Of a stretch of 64,000 nt of DNA, positions 1 through 9,656 are shown one piece after another; the stretch's first letter is position 1, and the number at the start of each line of letters is the position of its first letter. The position numbers were made by a program, and so were the translations under genes. Source of the DNA: an uncultured Alphaproteobacteria bacterium (GTDB taxonomy: Bacteria > Pseudomonadota > Alphaproteobacteria > Micropepsales > Micropepsaceae). The stretch lies in contig CAVPTF010000014.1 of the NCBI GenBank assembly GCA_963708555.1, forward strand, positions 33,123-97,122, read 5' to 3'. The notes under the pieces were generated by a model, which saw only the letters and a program-made list of their open reading frames with translations, was not told the origin of the DNA and ran no database searches.

Positions 1-486
1 TTACGCGGCGGAGCGAGCGCGCAATATATCGGTCTCGAGACGGACATAGCTCGCCTCCATGCCGTGCTCCATGCCGCTTGCGAGCATGGCCGCGCGCGTC
101 TCGGCGTTGGGCAGCGTCATGCGCATGGTCATCAGCGTGCCTTTGCCGTCGGGCTCGAATGTCGTCTCGACATGATTGTCCGGCGTGGGGTCGGGGAGAT
201 GCATCCGCTCGACATGCACGATGCGGCGGAAGGGGTTGAGCTCGATGAACTCTCCGGTGAGGTAGAAGCCGCCGCCTTTGCCGTCGCTCCACTCGTAGCG
301 GATCTTGCCGCCCGGCCGCGCATCGTTGATGCAGACGGGCATTGTCCAGCCGTCGGGACCTGTCATCCATTTCTGAACCAGCTTCGGCTCGACATGCGCG
401 CGGTAGACCGCTTCAGGGGACGCAGCGAAGCGCCGTTTCACGATGACGTGCGTGTCACCTTCCGTGGTAAGCGTCAGTTTGGTCAT
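1..486 (-). CDS. SRPBCC/AHSA1-like domain protein
   Basis: Intact 162-codon ORF (MTKLTLTTEGDTHVIVKRRF...MEASYVRLETDILRARSAA). The sequence pattern is typical of the Aha1/SRPBCC fold. Its ATG overlaps the TGA of the upstream ArsR gene (ATGA at 483-486), the usual ArsR+SRPBCC pairing. Confidence 0.75.
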   Translation of the reverse strand: MTKLTLTTEGDTHVIVKRRFAASPEAVYRAHVEPKLVQKWMTGPDGWTMPVCINDARPGGKIRYEWSDGKGGGFYLTGEFIELNPFRRIVHVERMHLPDPTPDNHVETTFEPDGKGTLMTMRMTLPNAETRAAMLASGMEHGMEASYVRLETDILRARSAA

Positions 487-825
487 GACTTTTCCTTTCC
501 TTCCTGGGGGGCCATTTCGGCGAGGACGGAGTCCAGCCGGTCGTAATTCGCTTCCAGCGCTTTCCTCAGCATTTCGAGCCATCGTTCCATCGAAGCCAGT
601 CCCTCCTTGGCGAGGCGGCAGGGACGGCGTGTGCCGTCCACGCGGCGCGTGATCAGGCCTGCGTCCTCCGAGCACCTTCAGGTGGCGGGAAACGGCCGGC
701 TGCGTGATCTCGAACGGCTCGGCCAGTTCCATGACGCCCGCTTCGCCCAAGGCAAGCCTCGCGAGGATGGCCCGCCGGGTCGGGTCGGCGAGGGCGGAAA
801 AGGCGGTATCCAGCGTCTGCATCAT
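483..825 (-). pseudogene. ArsR/SmtB-family transcriptional regulator, frame broken by one extra base
   Basis: MQTLDTAFSALADPTRRAILARL...ITQPAVSRHLKVL is a classic ArsR wHTH. After HLKVL the frame is lost (ctcGgaggac, near 665-670). The shifted frame continues EDAGLITRRVDGTRRPCRLAKEGL...APQEGKEKS to TGA 483-485. An AAGGA RBS precedes ATG 825. Confidence 0.75.
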
Positions 826-941
826 CAGCAATCCTTTATATAAGTAATATATTATATAACATAGATGCTGATGTCAACGGGAAAATGCAAAGGGCCGCGC
901 CGTTTTGCTGGACGCGGCCCCATTCTTTTCCAAACAATAGG

Positions 942-1808
942 TTAGGTGAGGTTCGCCTTGAACGCCGCCATCGTGCGGCTCCAGGCGAGCTTCGCCGCGT
1001 CCGCGTTGTAACGCTGGCCGGTGTCGTCGTTGAACGCGTGCTGTGCGCCCGGATAAAACCGCATCTCGTATCGGATGCCCGCCTTCTTGAGCGCTTCCTC
1101 ATACGCGGGCGCAGCCATGCCGAGAGTTCTTGTCGAGCTCGGGATCGGCGAAATTGATCAGCATCGCGGCCTTGATCTTGGGCACGTCCTCGGACGGCGG
1201 CGGTGCGCCGTAGAACGGCACGCCGATATTGAGCATCGGATCGGCGACGGCGAGCCGGTTGACCACGCCTCCGCCCCAGCAGAACCCGACCGCACCGACC
1301 TTGCCGTTCGACTCGGAGAGCGAGCGCAGATAGTTCGCGCCGGCGACCGCGTTGCCTGTCGGTCTCTTCCGGTTTCAGCGAGCGCGTCAGCGCTCGCGAC
1401 TTCGGGATTGCGCGGCACCGGCGTGCCGCCGAGCGGAGACAAGAAGTCGACGCCGAGCGCGATGAACCCATCCACCGCGAGACGGCGGCAGACGTCTTCG
1501 ATGTGCGGGCTGATGCCGCCGACCGCGTGGATCACTTCCACCGCGCCATGCCGGCCGGAGGCTGTGGGCTTCGCGAGATAGGCCTTCACGTCTCCGGTGA
1601 CGCCCTTGAACGTCACGCGCGATGTCGTGACCCGCTGATCGTCGGGGGCGACCATCGCCGCTTTGGCGTCATCGGGCGCGAGCAGGGGCAAGAGGGCCGC
1701 GGCCGCGGATACGCTGCCGACGATCCTTGCCGCCTTCTCCAGGAAGACGCGACGGTCGAAATGCACGTGAGCGTAGTCGTGATAGAGATCGATGAGCCTT
1801 TGATCCAT
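942..1808 (-). pseudogene. dienelactone hydrolase family protein with RRxFLE Tat-type leader, about 3 frame changes
   Basis: The N-terminus reads MDQRLIDLYHDYAHVHFDRRVFLEKAARIVGSVSAAAALLPLLA...VEVIHAVGGISPHIEDVCRRLAVDGFIALGVDF. Later parts (ALTRSLKPEETD; GNAVAGANYLRSLSESNGKVGAVGFCWGGGVVNRLA; LGMAAPAYEEALKKAGIRYEMRFYPGAQHAFNDD...AAFKANLT*) lie in other frames. Frame changes are near 1398, 1350 and 1125. A GGGAGG RBS is present. Confidence 0.7.
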
Positions 1809-1943
1809 GGCGAACCTCCCGGCTTTGCGCTGCCTTTATAGCAAATCGGCCGCGCGCTTGGCGCCTGATCACCGGCTCGTGCGCTTGGCAGGTGAGGGGC
1901 AGGGTGGCAAATTCCACCCAACGACGAATGGGAGGCCGCCCCA

Positions 1944-3889
1944 ATGCCAAAAACGGAATCGAAAACCCCGAAGATGAAGCGCCGCCAGTTCCTGGCGGGT
2001 GTCGCCGCCGCGGGGCCCGCGATCGGGCTCGCCGGTGCAGCCGGCAAGGCCGCCGCGGCCCAGGCGCCCGCGCGTCCGACCGTGCCCGCGACGCCGCACA
2101 ACGAGCACGCATCTCGGCTCCTCGACGCCGCTCACGCAGGGGCGCTCCGGCTCGGACTTCATGGTCGATGCGATCAAGACGCTCGACATCGAGTACGTCG
2201 CCTGCCTTCCCGCGGCGACGTTCCGCGGCTTGCAGGAATCGCTGATCAATTACGGCAAGAACACCAAGCCCGAATTCGTCTTGACGCTGCATGAAGAGGT
2301 CGCGGTGGCGATGGCGCATGGCTACGCCAAGGTCGCGCGCAAACCGATGGCCGCGATGATCGGCGGCATCATCGGCCTGCAGCACGCCTCGATGGCGATC
2401 TACAACGCCTATGCCGACCGCGTGCCGATGCTGATCCTCTCGGGCAACATTCCGAACGCCGCCGCGCGCCGCCCGAACGTCGAGTGGAACCATTCGGCGC
2501 TCGATCAGAACGCGATGGTGCGCGACTTCGTCAAATGGGACGCGCAGCCGACGTCGCTGCAATCCACCGCCGAGGCGCTGGTGCAGGCCTACGACCTCGC
2601 GACCATCGCACCGATGGGGCCGACGCTCGTGACGCTCGATGCGGACCTTCAGGAAGAAGGACTGCCGCAGGAGGAAGAGGCGCATTTGCGCATTCCGAAG
2701 CTCCGTCCGCGCGGACATCCGCAAGCCGACACGGAGGGCTTGCGCGAGGCGGCGCGCATGCTGGCGGGTGCCGAAAATCCGGTGATCTACGTGAACCGCT
2801 ACGGCCGCACGGAGAAGGGACCGGCGCTGCTCGATCGAGCTCGCGGAGCTCTTGAATGCGCCGGTCATCGACGGCCGCTTCCGCATGAACTTCCCGAGCC
2901 GCCACAAATTCAATCACTCCGGCCGCCGCGAACAGGTGCTGTCGCAGGCCGATGTGATCCTCGCGCTCGAGCCGCACGATCTGTGGGGCTTGACCAACGA
3001 GGTGCGCGATCTGATCGGCCGGCCGAATTCGCAGCTCAACCGTCAGGCCAATCTGAAGGTCATCCATATCGGCACCGAGAACCTGATGGCTCGCGGGAAT
3101 TACGCCGAGTCGCAGCGTTATGCGGCGGCCGATATCTCGCTGCCCGGCGACGCCGAAGCCTCGATGCCCGCGCTGCTCGAAGCGCTGAAGCGCGAGCTGA
3201 CGCCGGCCCGCACCACGGCGCTTCAAGCGCGCGGTCAGCGTCTCGCCGAGATGGCGCCGCGTCTGCTCGAACAGGCGCGCGCGGATGCAGTGCATGGCTG
3301 GAACGCAAGCCCGATCTCGGTCCCGAGACTGTGCATGGAGCTCTACGAGAACCTGCGCACCGTGGACTGGACGCTGCCGACGGAGACCGTGTTCCTCACC
3401 GATTGGCCGCACCGTCTGTGGAACATCGACAAGCCGCACAACTGGATCGGCGGCTCGGGCGCGCAAGGTGTGGGCTACAACGCGCCGGCCGCGCTGGGCG
3501 CCGCACTCGCCAACAAGGGCACGGGCCGCATCACGGCCGCGATCGTCGGCGACGGCGAGCTGATGATGACCAACCAGACGCTCTGGACCGCGGCGCGCTA
3601 CCAGATCCCGATCCTCTATCTCGTGCACAACAATCGCGCCTACCACATGGAGATCATGCACACGGGGCGCATGGCGATGCGGCGCAGCCGCGACGTCAAC
3701 CAGATGCGGCTCGGCTGCGACATCAGCGGTCCCAACATCGACTACGCCACGCTGGCGAAATCGATGGGCGTCTATGGCCAGGGGCCGATCGAGAATCCGA
3801 ACGATCTCGGGCCGGCGATCCGCCGCGCGATCGACGTGGTCAAGCGCGGCGAGCCCGCGCTGATCGACGTCGTCTCGCAGCCGCGCTGA
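1944..3889 (+). pseudogene. Tat-exported thiamine-diphosphate enzyme (acetolactate synthase / pyruvate oxidase superfamily), copy 1, two frame changes
   Basis: A GGGAGG RBS precedes MPKTESKTPKMKRRQFLAGVAAAG...AAAAQA, a twin-arginine leader. The N-domain reads GSDFMVDAIKTLDIEYVA...LHEEVAVAMAHGYAK...MLILSGN, followed by a central domain. The C-domain carries IVGDGELMMTNQTLWTAARYQIPILYLVHNN (GDG..NN TPP/Mg motif). Segments run in frames 0, 1, 2, with changes near 2105 and 2830. The track shows it as 1944..2294, part of 1999..4272, and 2852..3889. Confidence 0.8.
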
Positions 3890-3901
3890 GGAGGGGAACG
3901 G

Positions 3902-4249
3902 GTGAACATCTCTCTGCGTATTCTGGCGCTCGCGCTGATCGCGCTTCCCATGGCCGCGTCCGCGCAAGACGGACCGCGCGGCAATGCGGAGAACGGCAAA
4001 CGGCTGTTCGACACGAAAGCCTGCTTCGCCTGCCACGGCTATGTCGGCCAGGGCAGCCGCGAGGGACCGCGCGTCGCGCCGCCGATGCCGTTCCCGGCCT
4101 TCGTCGCCCAGCTGCGCGAGCCGCGCGGGATCATGCCGCCCTACAAGGAGGCGATCCTGACGGACCAGGAGGCCGCCGACATCGTCGCCTATCTGGCGGG
4201 CCTGCCGCGGTCCCCGGACCACAAATCCATCCCGCTGCTGCAGAATTAG
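3902..4249 (+). CDS. monohaem c-type cytochrome (exported)
   Basis: Signal peptide MNISLRILALALIALPMAASA, a single CFACH motif and a distal IMPPYKE Met. GTG start with a GAGGAGGGG RBS, 12 nt after the TPP gene stop. Confidence 0.85.
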   Translation: MNISLRILALALIALPMAASAQDGPRGNAENGKRLFDTKACFACHGYVGQGSREGPRVAPPMPFPAFVAQLREPRGIMPPYKEAILTDQEAADIVAYLAGLPRSPDHKSIPLLQN

Positions 4250-4351
4250 ACGCCGGGGCCAATTCCACGTAACCGCCTTGGAAATCCCCCGGGCGGGTGG
4301 CAAATTGCGGCTCAAGGATCACCACGCACAAAATCCGCCGGAGGGCAGTCC

Positions 4352-6282
4352 ATGGCCAAGAAGATCAAGCGCCGTCAGTTCCTTGCGGGCGTTGCCGCAG
4401 CCCCGGCCGTGGGGCTTGCCGCGGCCGCAGCACCGGCGGTCGCCCAGGCCGCAGCCGCGCCCAGGCCATCGATCCCGGCGGTGGCGGGCGAAGACCGCTC
4501 GCTGAACGATCTTCCGCCGCAGACCATCGGCAAGACCGGGTCGGATTTCATGGTCGACGTGCTGAAGTCGGTCGGCATCGACTACATCGCCTCGTGCCCC
4601 GGCTCGACCTTCCGCGCCATCCATGAATCGATCATCACCTACGGCAACAATTCGAAGCCCGAGTTCCTGACGACGCTGCACGAAGATACGTCGGCCGCGA
4701 TGTGCCACGGCTACGCGAAGATCGCGAAGAAGCCGATGGCCTGCATGGTCCACGGCACGGTCGGCCTGCAGCACGCGTCGATGGCGATCTACAACGCCTT
4801 TGCCGACCGCGTGCCGATGCTGATCCTCTCCGGCAATATCGGCAACGTCACCACGCGCCAGGTCATCGTCGAGTGGAACCACGCGTGCAGGACCAGGCCG
4901 CGATCGTCCGCGACTTCACCAAGTGGGACGACCAGCCGACCTCGCTGCAAGGATTTGCCGAGTCCACCGTGCGCGCGATGGACCTGATGCAGACCGCGCC
5001 GATGGGACCGGTCCTCATCACCGCGGACGCCGATCTTCAGGAAGATCCGATCCCGCCGGAGATCGAAAAGCGCCTCAAGATCCCGGTGCTGAAAGGCATG
5101 CGCACGCAGCCTTCGGGCGACATCTCCGCGGTGCGCGAAGCGGCCAAGATGCTGGTCGCCGCCGAGAACCCGGTGATCTTCACCTATCGCTACGCCCGCA
5201 CCGAGGCCGCGCCTGGGTTGCTCGTGCAACTGGCCGAATTGCTGCACGCGCCCGTGGTCGACGGCCGCGGCCGCATGAACATCCCGAACAGGCATCCGCT
5301 CAATCACACGACGCGCCGCGAAGCCGCACTCGCCGAGGCCGATCTCATCCTTGCGCTCGAACCGGTCGATGTTTTCGGTCTCACCACGAACATTCCCGAT
5401 ATCGTGCACCGGCCGAACATCCCGGCGCGCCGCAACCCGAATCTGAAGATCATCCAGATCGGCGCGGAAATGCTGATGCCGAAGGCGAACTTCCAGAACT
5501 TCCAGCGCTTCGCCTCGATCGATCTGAACATCAACGGCGATGCCGAGGCGACCATGCCGAGCCTGATCGAAGCCGTGAAGGCCGAGATCACGCCCGCGCA
5601 CAAGGCCCGCTTCGAGGCGCGTGGACAGAAGCTGAAGCCACTGGTCGAACGCTCGCTCGCGCAGCGCATGACGGATGCCACGTATCAGTGGGACGCCAAG
5701 CCCATCAGCAGCCCGCGCTTTGTGATGGAGCTCTGGAACCAGATCAAAAACGAGGACTGGGCGCTGCCTTCGGAATCGCAGTTCTTGAGCGAGTGGCCCT
5801 ATTTCATGTGGGACATCAACAAGCCCTACCAGACGATGGGGTACTCGGGCGCGCAGGGCATCGGCTACAACTCACCGGCAGCACTCGGCGCCGCGCTTGC
5901 CAACAAGGAGCACGGCCGCCTGACGGTCGCGATGGTCGGCGACGGCGATCTCAACATGGCGCCGGGCGTGCTGTGGACGGCGGCGCATCACCGCATCCCG
6001 ATCCTCTATCTCGTGCACAACAACCGTTCCTACCATCAGGAAGTGATGATGATCCTGAAGATGGCCGCGCGGCGTTCGCGCGTGAACCATCCGAACATCT
6101 ATGTCGGCACGCTGATCGACGATCCCGCGCCCAACTACGCCAAGATCGCTGAGGGCTACGGCCTCTACGCGCAAGGGCCGGTCGAGGATCCGAAGGACCT
6201 CGCGGCGGCGATCAAGCGCGCCATCGAGGTCGTGAAGCGCGGTGAGCCCGCGCTGATCGACATCATCTCCGACGGACGCTGA
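4352..6282 (+). pseudogene. Tat-exported thiamine-diphosphate enzyme, copy 2 (paralogue of 1944..3889), one frame change
   Basis: A GGAGGG RBS precedes MAKKIKRRQFLAGVAAAPAVGLAAAAAPAVAQA, a twin-arginine leader. The body includes GSDFMVDVLKSVGIDYIA...LHEDTSAAMCHGYAK and MVGDGDLNMAPGVLWTAAHHRIPILYLVHNN. The frame changes near 4884 (EWNH | VQDQAAIVRDFTKWDDQ), joining ORFs 4352..4987 and 4702..6282. Confidence 0.8.
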
Positions 6283-6312
6283 GGTATAGACCGATGAAGA
6301 CCATTCGAGTTC

Positions 6313-6645
6313 GTGGTGATGATGGGCACGGCGGTTGTTCTGGGCTCGGCCGCGAGCGTGGTGGCTCAGCCGGCGGGCGATCCGAAGGCGGGCGAGACGG
6401 CCTATATGAAGCTCGGGTGCTATTCGTGTCATGGCGCGGGGGGCCAGGGGACCTGGCGCGACGGGCCGCGGCTCAATCCGCCGATGCCGTTCGAAGCGAT
6501 GGTGCAGCAGCTGCGCACGCCGCGCTACGAGATGCCGCCTTATGTCGAGAGCCAGGTCTCCGACAAGGGCATCGCCGACATCCACGCGTATCTCAGAAGC
6601 GTGCCGAAGCCGGTCGATCCGAGCGTCATCAAGGCGATGCAGTAG
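6313..6645 (+). CDS. monohaem c-type cytochrome (exported)
   Basis: VVLGSAASVVAQP signal-like N-terminus, a single CYSCH motif and a distal EMPPYVE Met. The start may really be ATG 6294 (MKTIR..., GAGG RBS). That ATG is in another frame and would imply one more indel near 6305. Confidence 0.8.
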   Translation: MVMMGTAVVLGSAASVVAQPAGDPKAGETAYMKLGCYSCHGAGGQGTWRDGPRLNPPMPFEAMVQQLRTPRYEMPPYVESQVSDKGIADIHAYLRSVPKPVDPSVIKAMQ

Positions 6646-7896
6646 TCACTTCGCCTGCGCCTGGATTTGGCCTGCAACTTTGTCGAGCCAGTCGGCGATC
6701 ACGCGCGCGATGTCGTCGCTGTTCTTCTCCATCATCATCATGTGGCCGTTGCCCTTGATGCCGATGTCGGCGAGCTTGATGAACTCGACCGGCACGCCCG
6801 CCTGCCTGAGATAGGCAACGTTGCAGTGGTTGTACCCGGCGTAGAACGAGGCTTCCGCCTCGATCAGGAGAACCGGCCGCTCGCCCACGAGCGGAAGCTT
6901 TCGCGCGGGCTCCTTCTGCATCCAGCAGCGTGAGAGATCGGGCCGCTCGGGCTTTTCCTGCTGCACGAAATCGAGCGGAGAGTCTGCCGTCACGGCGGGC
7001 GTATATTCGAGCGGCGTATTGCCGAGCCCGTAACGTTTCACGCCGGGATTGTCGCGGTAGTAGTCGTCATCGGTCTGCTTGGTGGCGCCGTCCCACGCGA
7101 CGTCGAAGCGCTGGATGCTTTTCACCACGACGTCGTGCACCGGCGGGCCCGAAGGCTCCGCCGCGACGATCGCCTTCACGAGCGCCGGTCGCATCTGCGC
7201 CAGCGGCCACGCATAGGCGCCCGATTGCGAATGCACGAGGATGATCGACGGACCGATCCTGTCGAGCAGCGCGGCAAGCGCATCGATGTTCATCTGCGCC
7301 TGCATGACGCGGTTTTCCATGCCTGGAATGTTCGAGGCCCAATACTGATCGAACGTCGGATCGCCCGGCTCGCCGGTTCCCGGCCATTGCGTGTGCAGCG
7401 CCGCCTGCGGCCAGAGCTTCTCTTTCTCCTGCGCGGTGAACTTCTGCACGACATAGCCGAGCGGCTGCGCGCTCATCTCGCCGTAGACTTCGGGGCTGTA
7501 GGGCGAGCGGCCGCGCGCCACCTGGTCCACGACATAGACGGCGTAACCGCGGCGCAGGAAATACTGCGCCCATCCTGGACGCCCGTCGGACGTCGTCCAC
7601 CAGCCGGCGCCGGTCTGACCGCCGCCGTGGATCAGCACGATGGGATAGGGGTGACGCTGATCCGCCGGGATCTGGTACTCGACATACATCTGCCCGACGT
7701 AATGCTGATCGGGATGATCCTTGTCGTAGCGCCCACCGGCGTAGAACACGCCGCTCTTCGCAAGCACGAGCGCGGCCTGCGTCTGCGCCTCAGCGCCGGT
7801 CGGCGCTTCAACGGTGTTCATCAGCAGCGGGAAGCCGATCAGCGCGGCGCCGAAAAGGCCGCCGGCCGCGAACAGAGTCAAATTCCTCACCATCAT
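6646..7896 (-). CDS. secreted alpha/beta-fold hydrolase
   Basis: Intact ORF with a GAGGAGGA RBS. Signal peptide MMVRNLTLFAAGGLFGAALIGFPLLMNTVEA. LIHGGGQTG oxyanion-type motif and VHSQSGA nucleophile elbow. The upstream 370 aa of track ORF 6646..9003 are an out-of-frame shadow of the NiCoT gene. Confidence 0.7.
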   Translation of the reverse strand: MMVRNLTLFAAGGLFGAALIGFPLLMNTVEAPTGAEAQTQAALVLAKSGVFYAGGRYDKDHPDQHYVGQMYVEYQIPADQRHPYPIVLIHGGGQTGAGWWTTSDGRPGWAQYFLRRGYAVYVVDQVARGRSPYSPEVYGEMSAQPLGYVVQKFTAQEKEKLWPQAALHTQWPGTGEPGDPTFDQYWASNIPGMENRVMQAQMNIDALAALLDRIGPSIILVHSQSGAYAWPLAQMRPALVKAIVAAEPSGPPVHDVVVKSIQRFDVAWDGATKQTDDDYYRDNPGVKRYGLGNTPLEYTPAVTADSPLDFVQQEKPERPDLSRCWMQKEPARKLPLVGERPVLLIEAEASFYAGYNHCNVAYLRQAGVPVEFIKLADIGIKGNGHMMMMEKNSDDIARVIADWLDKVAGQIQAQAK

Positions 7897-7961
7897 GGGA
7901 ATGTCCTCCTCGTTCGCAGCGATGATCGCGCAAACGGGAGGGCAGAAAAGAGTAGGGTCGA

Positions 7962-9038
7962 CTATTCCGCCGGTACTTGCGCGGCTGCCGGGCTCTCGAG
8001 CTGGTCGTAGCCCTTGTAGCGATAGATCGCGACCGACAGGGCCCAACTCGCGATGAAGAGCGCGATGATCAGATAGCCGAGCGCGCCGAATTCCTCGTTC
8101 AGCATCGCGATCCAGTCCCAGACGCCGCCGGAGAGCGCGAGCTTCTCGGCGATGAGCCCGAGCGCCTGCACGCCGCCGATCAGGAGCGCCACCACGACCG
8201 AGACCGATGTGATCGTCAGATTGTAATAGAGCTTGCGGATCGGCTTCACGAACGCCCAGCCATAGGCGCGCACCATCAGCACGGAATCGGTGGTGTCGAC
8301 GAGACTCATTCCGGCGGTGAACAGCAGCGGAAAGATCAGAAGCGACCAGAACGACAGGCCTTGCGCGGCCTGCGACGCGGAGATCCCGAGCACGCCGATC
8401 TCGGTCGCGGTGTCGAAGCCGAGCCCGAACAGGAAGCCCAGGGGATACATCTGCCAGCTCGCGCGGATGAAGCGGAACAGCGGCCGGAACAGGCGGCCCA
8501 AGAGCCCGCGGTTCGCGAGCAGGATGTTGAGATCGTCCTCGACGACCGGCTCGCCGCGCTTGACGCGCTGGAACGCTTTGTACACGGCGGCGAGGATGAA
8601 GATGTTGGCGATGGCGATGGCGAACAGGAACAGCGTGGAGACGGTCGTCCCGATGACGCCGCCGATCTCGCCGAAGCTTTCGAGCCCCGAGAGCGCGGTG
8701 GCGCCCAGCGCAACCACGATCGATGCGAGCACGACGACGGTCGAATGGCCGAGCGAGAAATAGAGCCCTACGGTCGAAGGGTCTTGCCCTTCCTGCATCA
8801 GCTTGCGCGTCACGTTGTCGATGGCGGCGATGTGGTCGGCATCGACCGCGTGCCTGAGACCGAAGCTGTAGGCGAGAAGCGCGGTGCCCAGGAGCACCGG
8901 ATGATCGGCGAACGCGACAAGCGCCCAGATCCAGGCCGCGATGTTGACGCCGATCAGGCCGGTGTAGATCGCAATCAGTTTCGCGGTGATCGGCGCTGAA
9001 CACGCGCGACGTTCATCCGGCCTTCCTGACATGGACAT
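7962..9038 (-). CDS. HoxN/HupN/NixA-family nickel/cobalt transporter (NiCoT)
   Basis: Polytopic membrane protein with the NiCoT signature LRHAVDADHIAAIDN and a second FGLGFDTATE motif. Its start overlaps the nikR stop by about 26 nt, consistent with an operon. Confidence 0.85.
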   Translation of the reverse strand: MSMSGRPDERRACSAPITAKLIAIYTGLIGVNIAAWIWALVAFADHPVLLGTALLAYSFGLRHAVDADHIAAIDNVTRKLMQEGQDPSTVGLYFSLGHSTVVVLASIVVALGATALSGLESFGEIGGVIGTTVSTLFLFAIAIANIFILAAVYKAFQRVKRGEPVVEDDLNILLANRGLLGRLFRPLFRFIRASWQMYPLGFLFGLGFDTATEIGVLGISASQAAQGLSFWSLLIFPLLFTAGMSLVDTTDSVLMVRAYGWAFVKPIRKLYYNLTITSVSVVVALLIGGVQALGLIAEKLALSGGVWDWIAMLNEEFGALGYLIIALFIASWALSVAIYRYKGYDQLESPAAAQVPAE

Positions 9039-9489
9039 GCACGTGCTTGTGGCTGTGCTCGCCCGCGTGCGCGTGCTTTTCCGACTGCACCTCGGCGGGC
9101 ACCATCACAAGGCGGCCGTGCCGCACGCCGCGTTCGGCGATCACATGGTCGGCGAGATGCTTCACCTCGCTCGCCTGGCCTCTGAGCACGGCGACCTCGA
9201 GACACGTGCCGTGATCGAGATGCACATGCATCGCGGAGAGCGACAGATCGTGGTGGTCGTGGAAGGAATGCGTGAGGCGCTTCGCAAGCTCGCGCGAGTC
9301 GTGGTCGTAGACATAGACGAGAGCCGCGACGCAATCGCCGGTGACGCTGCTCTCTTCCGCCGCCTGGCGCATGCCGGCGCGTGCGAGATCGCGGATCGCT
9401 TCCGAGCGGTTCTGGTAGCCGCGTTCGGCAATCACGCGGTCGAGCTCGGCCACGAATTCGTCGTCGAGAGCGATGGTTGCGCGCTGCAT
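9013..9489 (-). CDS. nikR: nickel-responsive regulator NikR
   Basis: Ribbon-helix-helix N-terminus MQRATIALDDEFVAELDRVIAERGYQNRSEAIRDLAR. C-terminal metal-binding region HDHHDLSLSAMHVHLDHGTCLEV plus a His-rich tail. I prefer ATG 9489 over the track start 9522. Confidence 0.85.
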   Translation of the reverse strand: MQRATIALDDEFVAELDRVIAERGYQNRSEAIRDLARAGMRQAAEESSVTGDCVAALVYVYDHDSRELAKRLTHSFHDHHDLSLSAMHVHLDHGTCLEVAVLRGQASEVKHLADHVIAERGVRHGRLVMVPAEVQSEKHAHAGEHSHKHVHVHVRKAG

Positions 9490-9503
9490 ACAGGCCTCCG
9501 ACC

Positions 9504-9531
9504 GTATGATCTTCAGGCCCAAAAATCACAC
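9504..9531. promoter_or_regulatory. candidate NikR operator GTATGA-N16-TCACAC
   Basis: GTATGA (9504-9509), an exact 16-nt spacer, then TCACAC (9526-9531), 15-42 nt upstream of the nikR ATG. The E. coli NikR operator is GTATGA-N16-TCATAC, so 11 of 12 positions match. Confidence 0.55.
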
Positions 9532-9656
9532 TCTTGTCCCCATGGCAAGCGTGCGGATGGCGCTGGTTTCCGCCCCGAAAGGTGCGGAGCAGGACGGCTT
9601 GTCCGGGAGCCGCCTGAGGCTGCAAACTGCTGGCACAGCCACAATCGGAGGTTGCC

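Noticed and set aside
1999-4272. The 757-aa ORF taken as a single protein
   Set aside because: It is a chimera. Only its middle third is the true TPP-enzyme frame. The N-terminal and C-terminal parts are Arg/Pro-rich out-of-frame read-through across the neighbouring segments and the cytochrome c gene.
6646-9003. The 785-aa ORF taken as a single protein
   Set aside because: Only the last 416 codons (from MMVRNL, with its own RBS) look like a real hydrolase. The upstream part is an Arg-rich out-of-frame shadow of the NiCoT gene.
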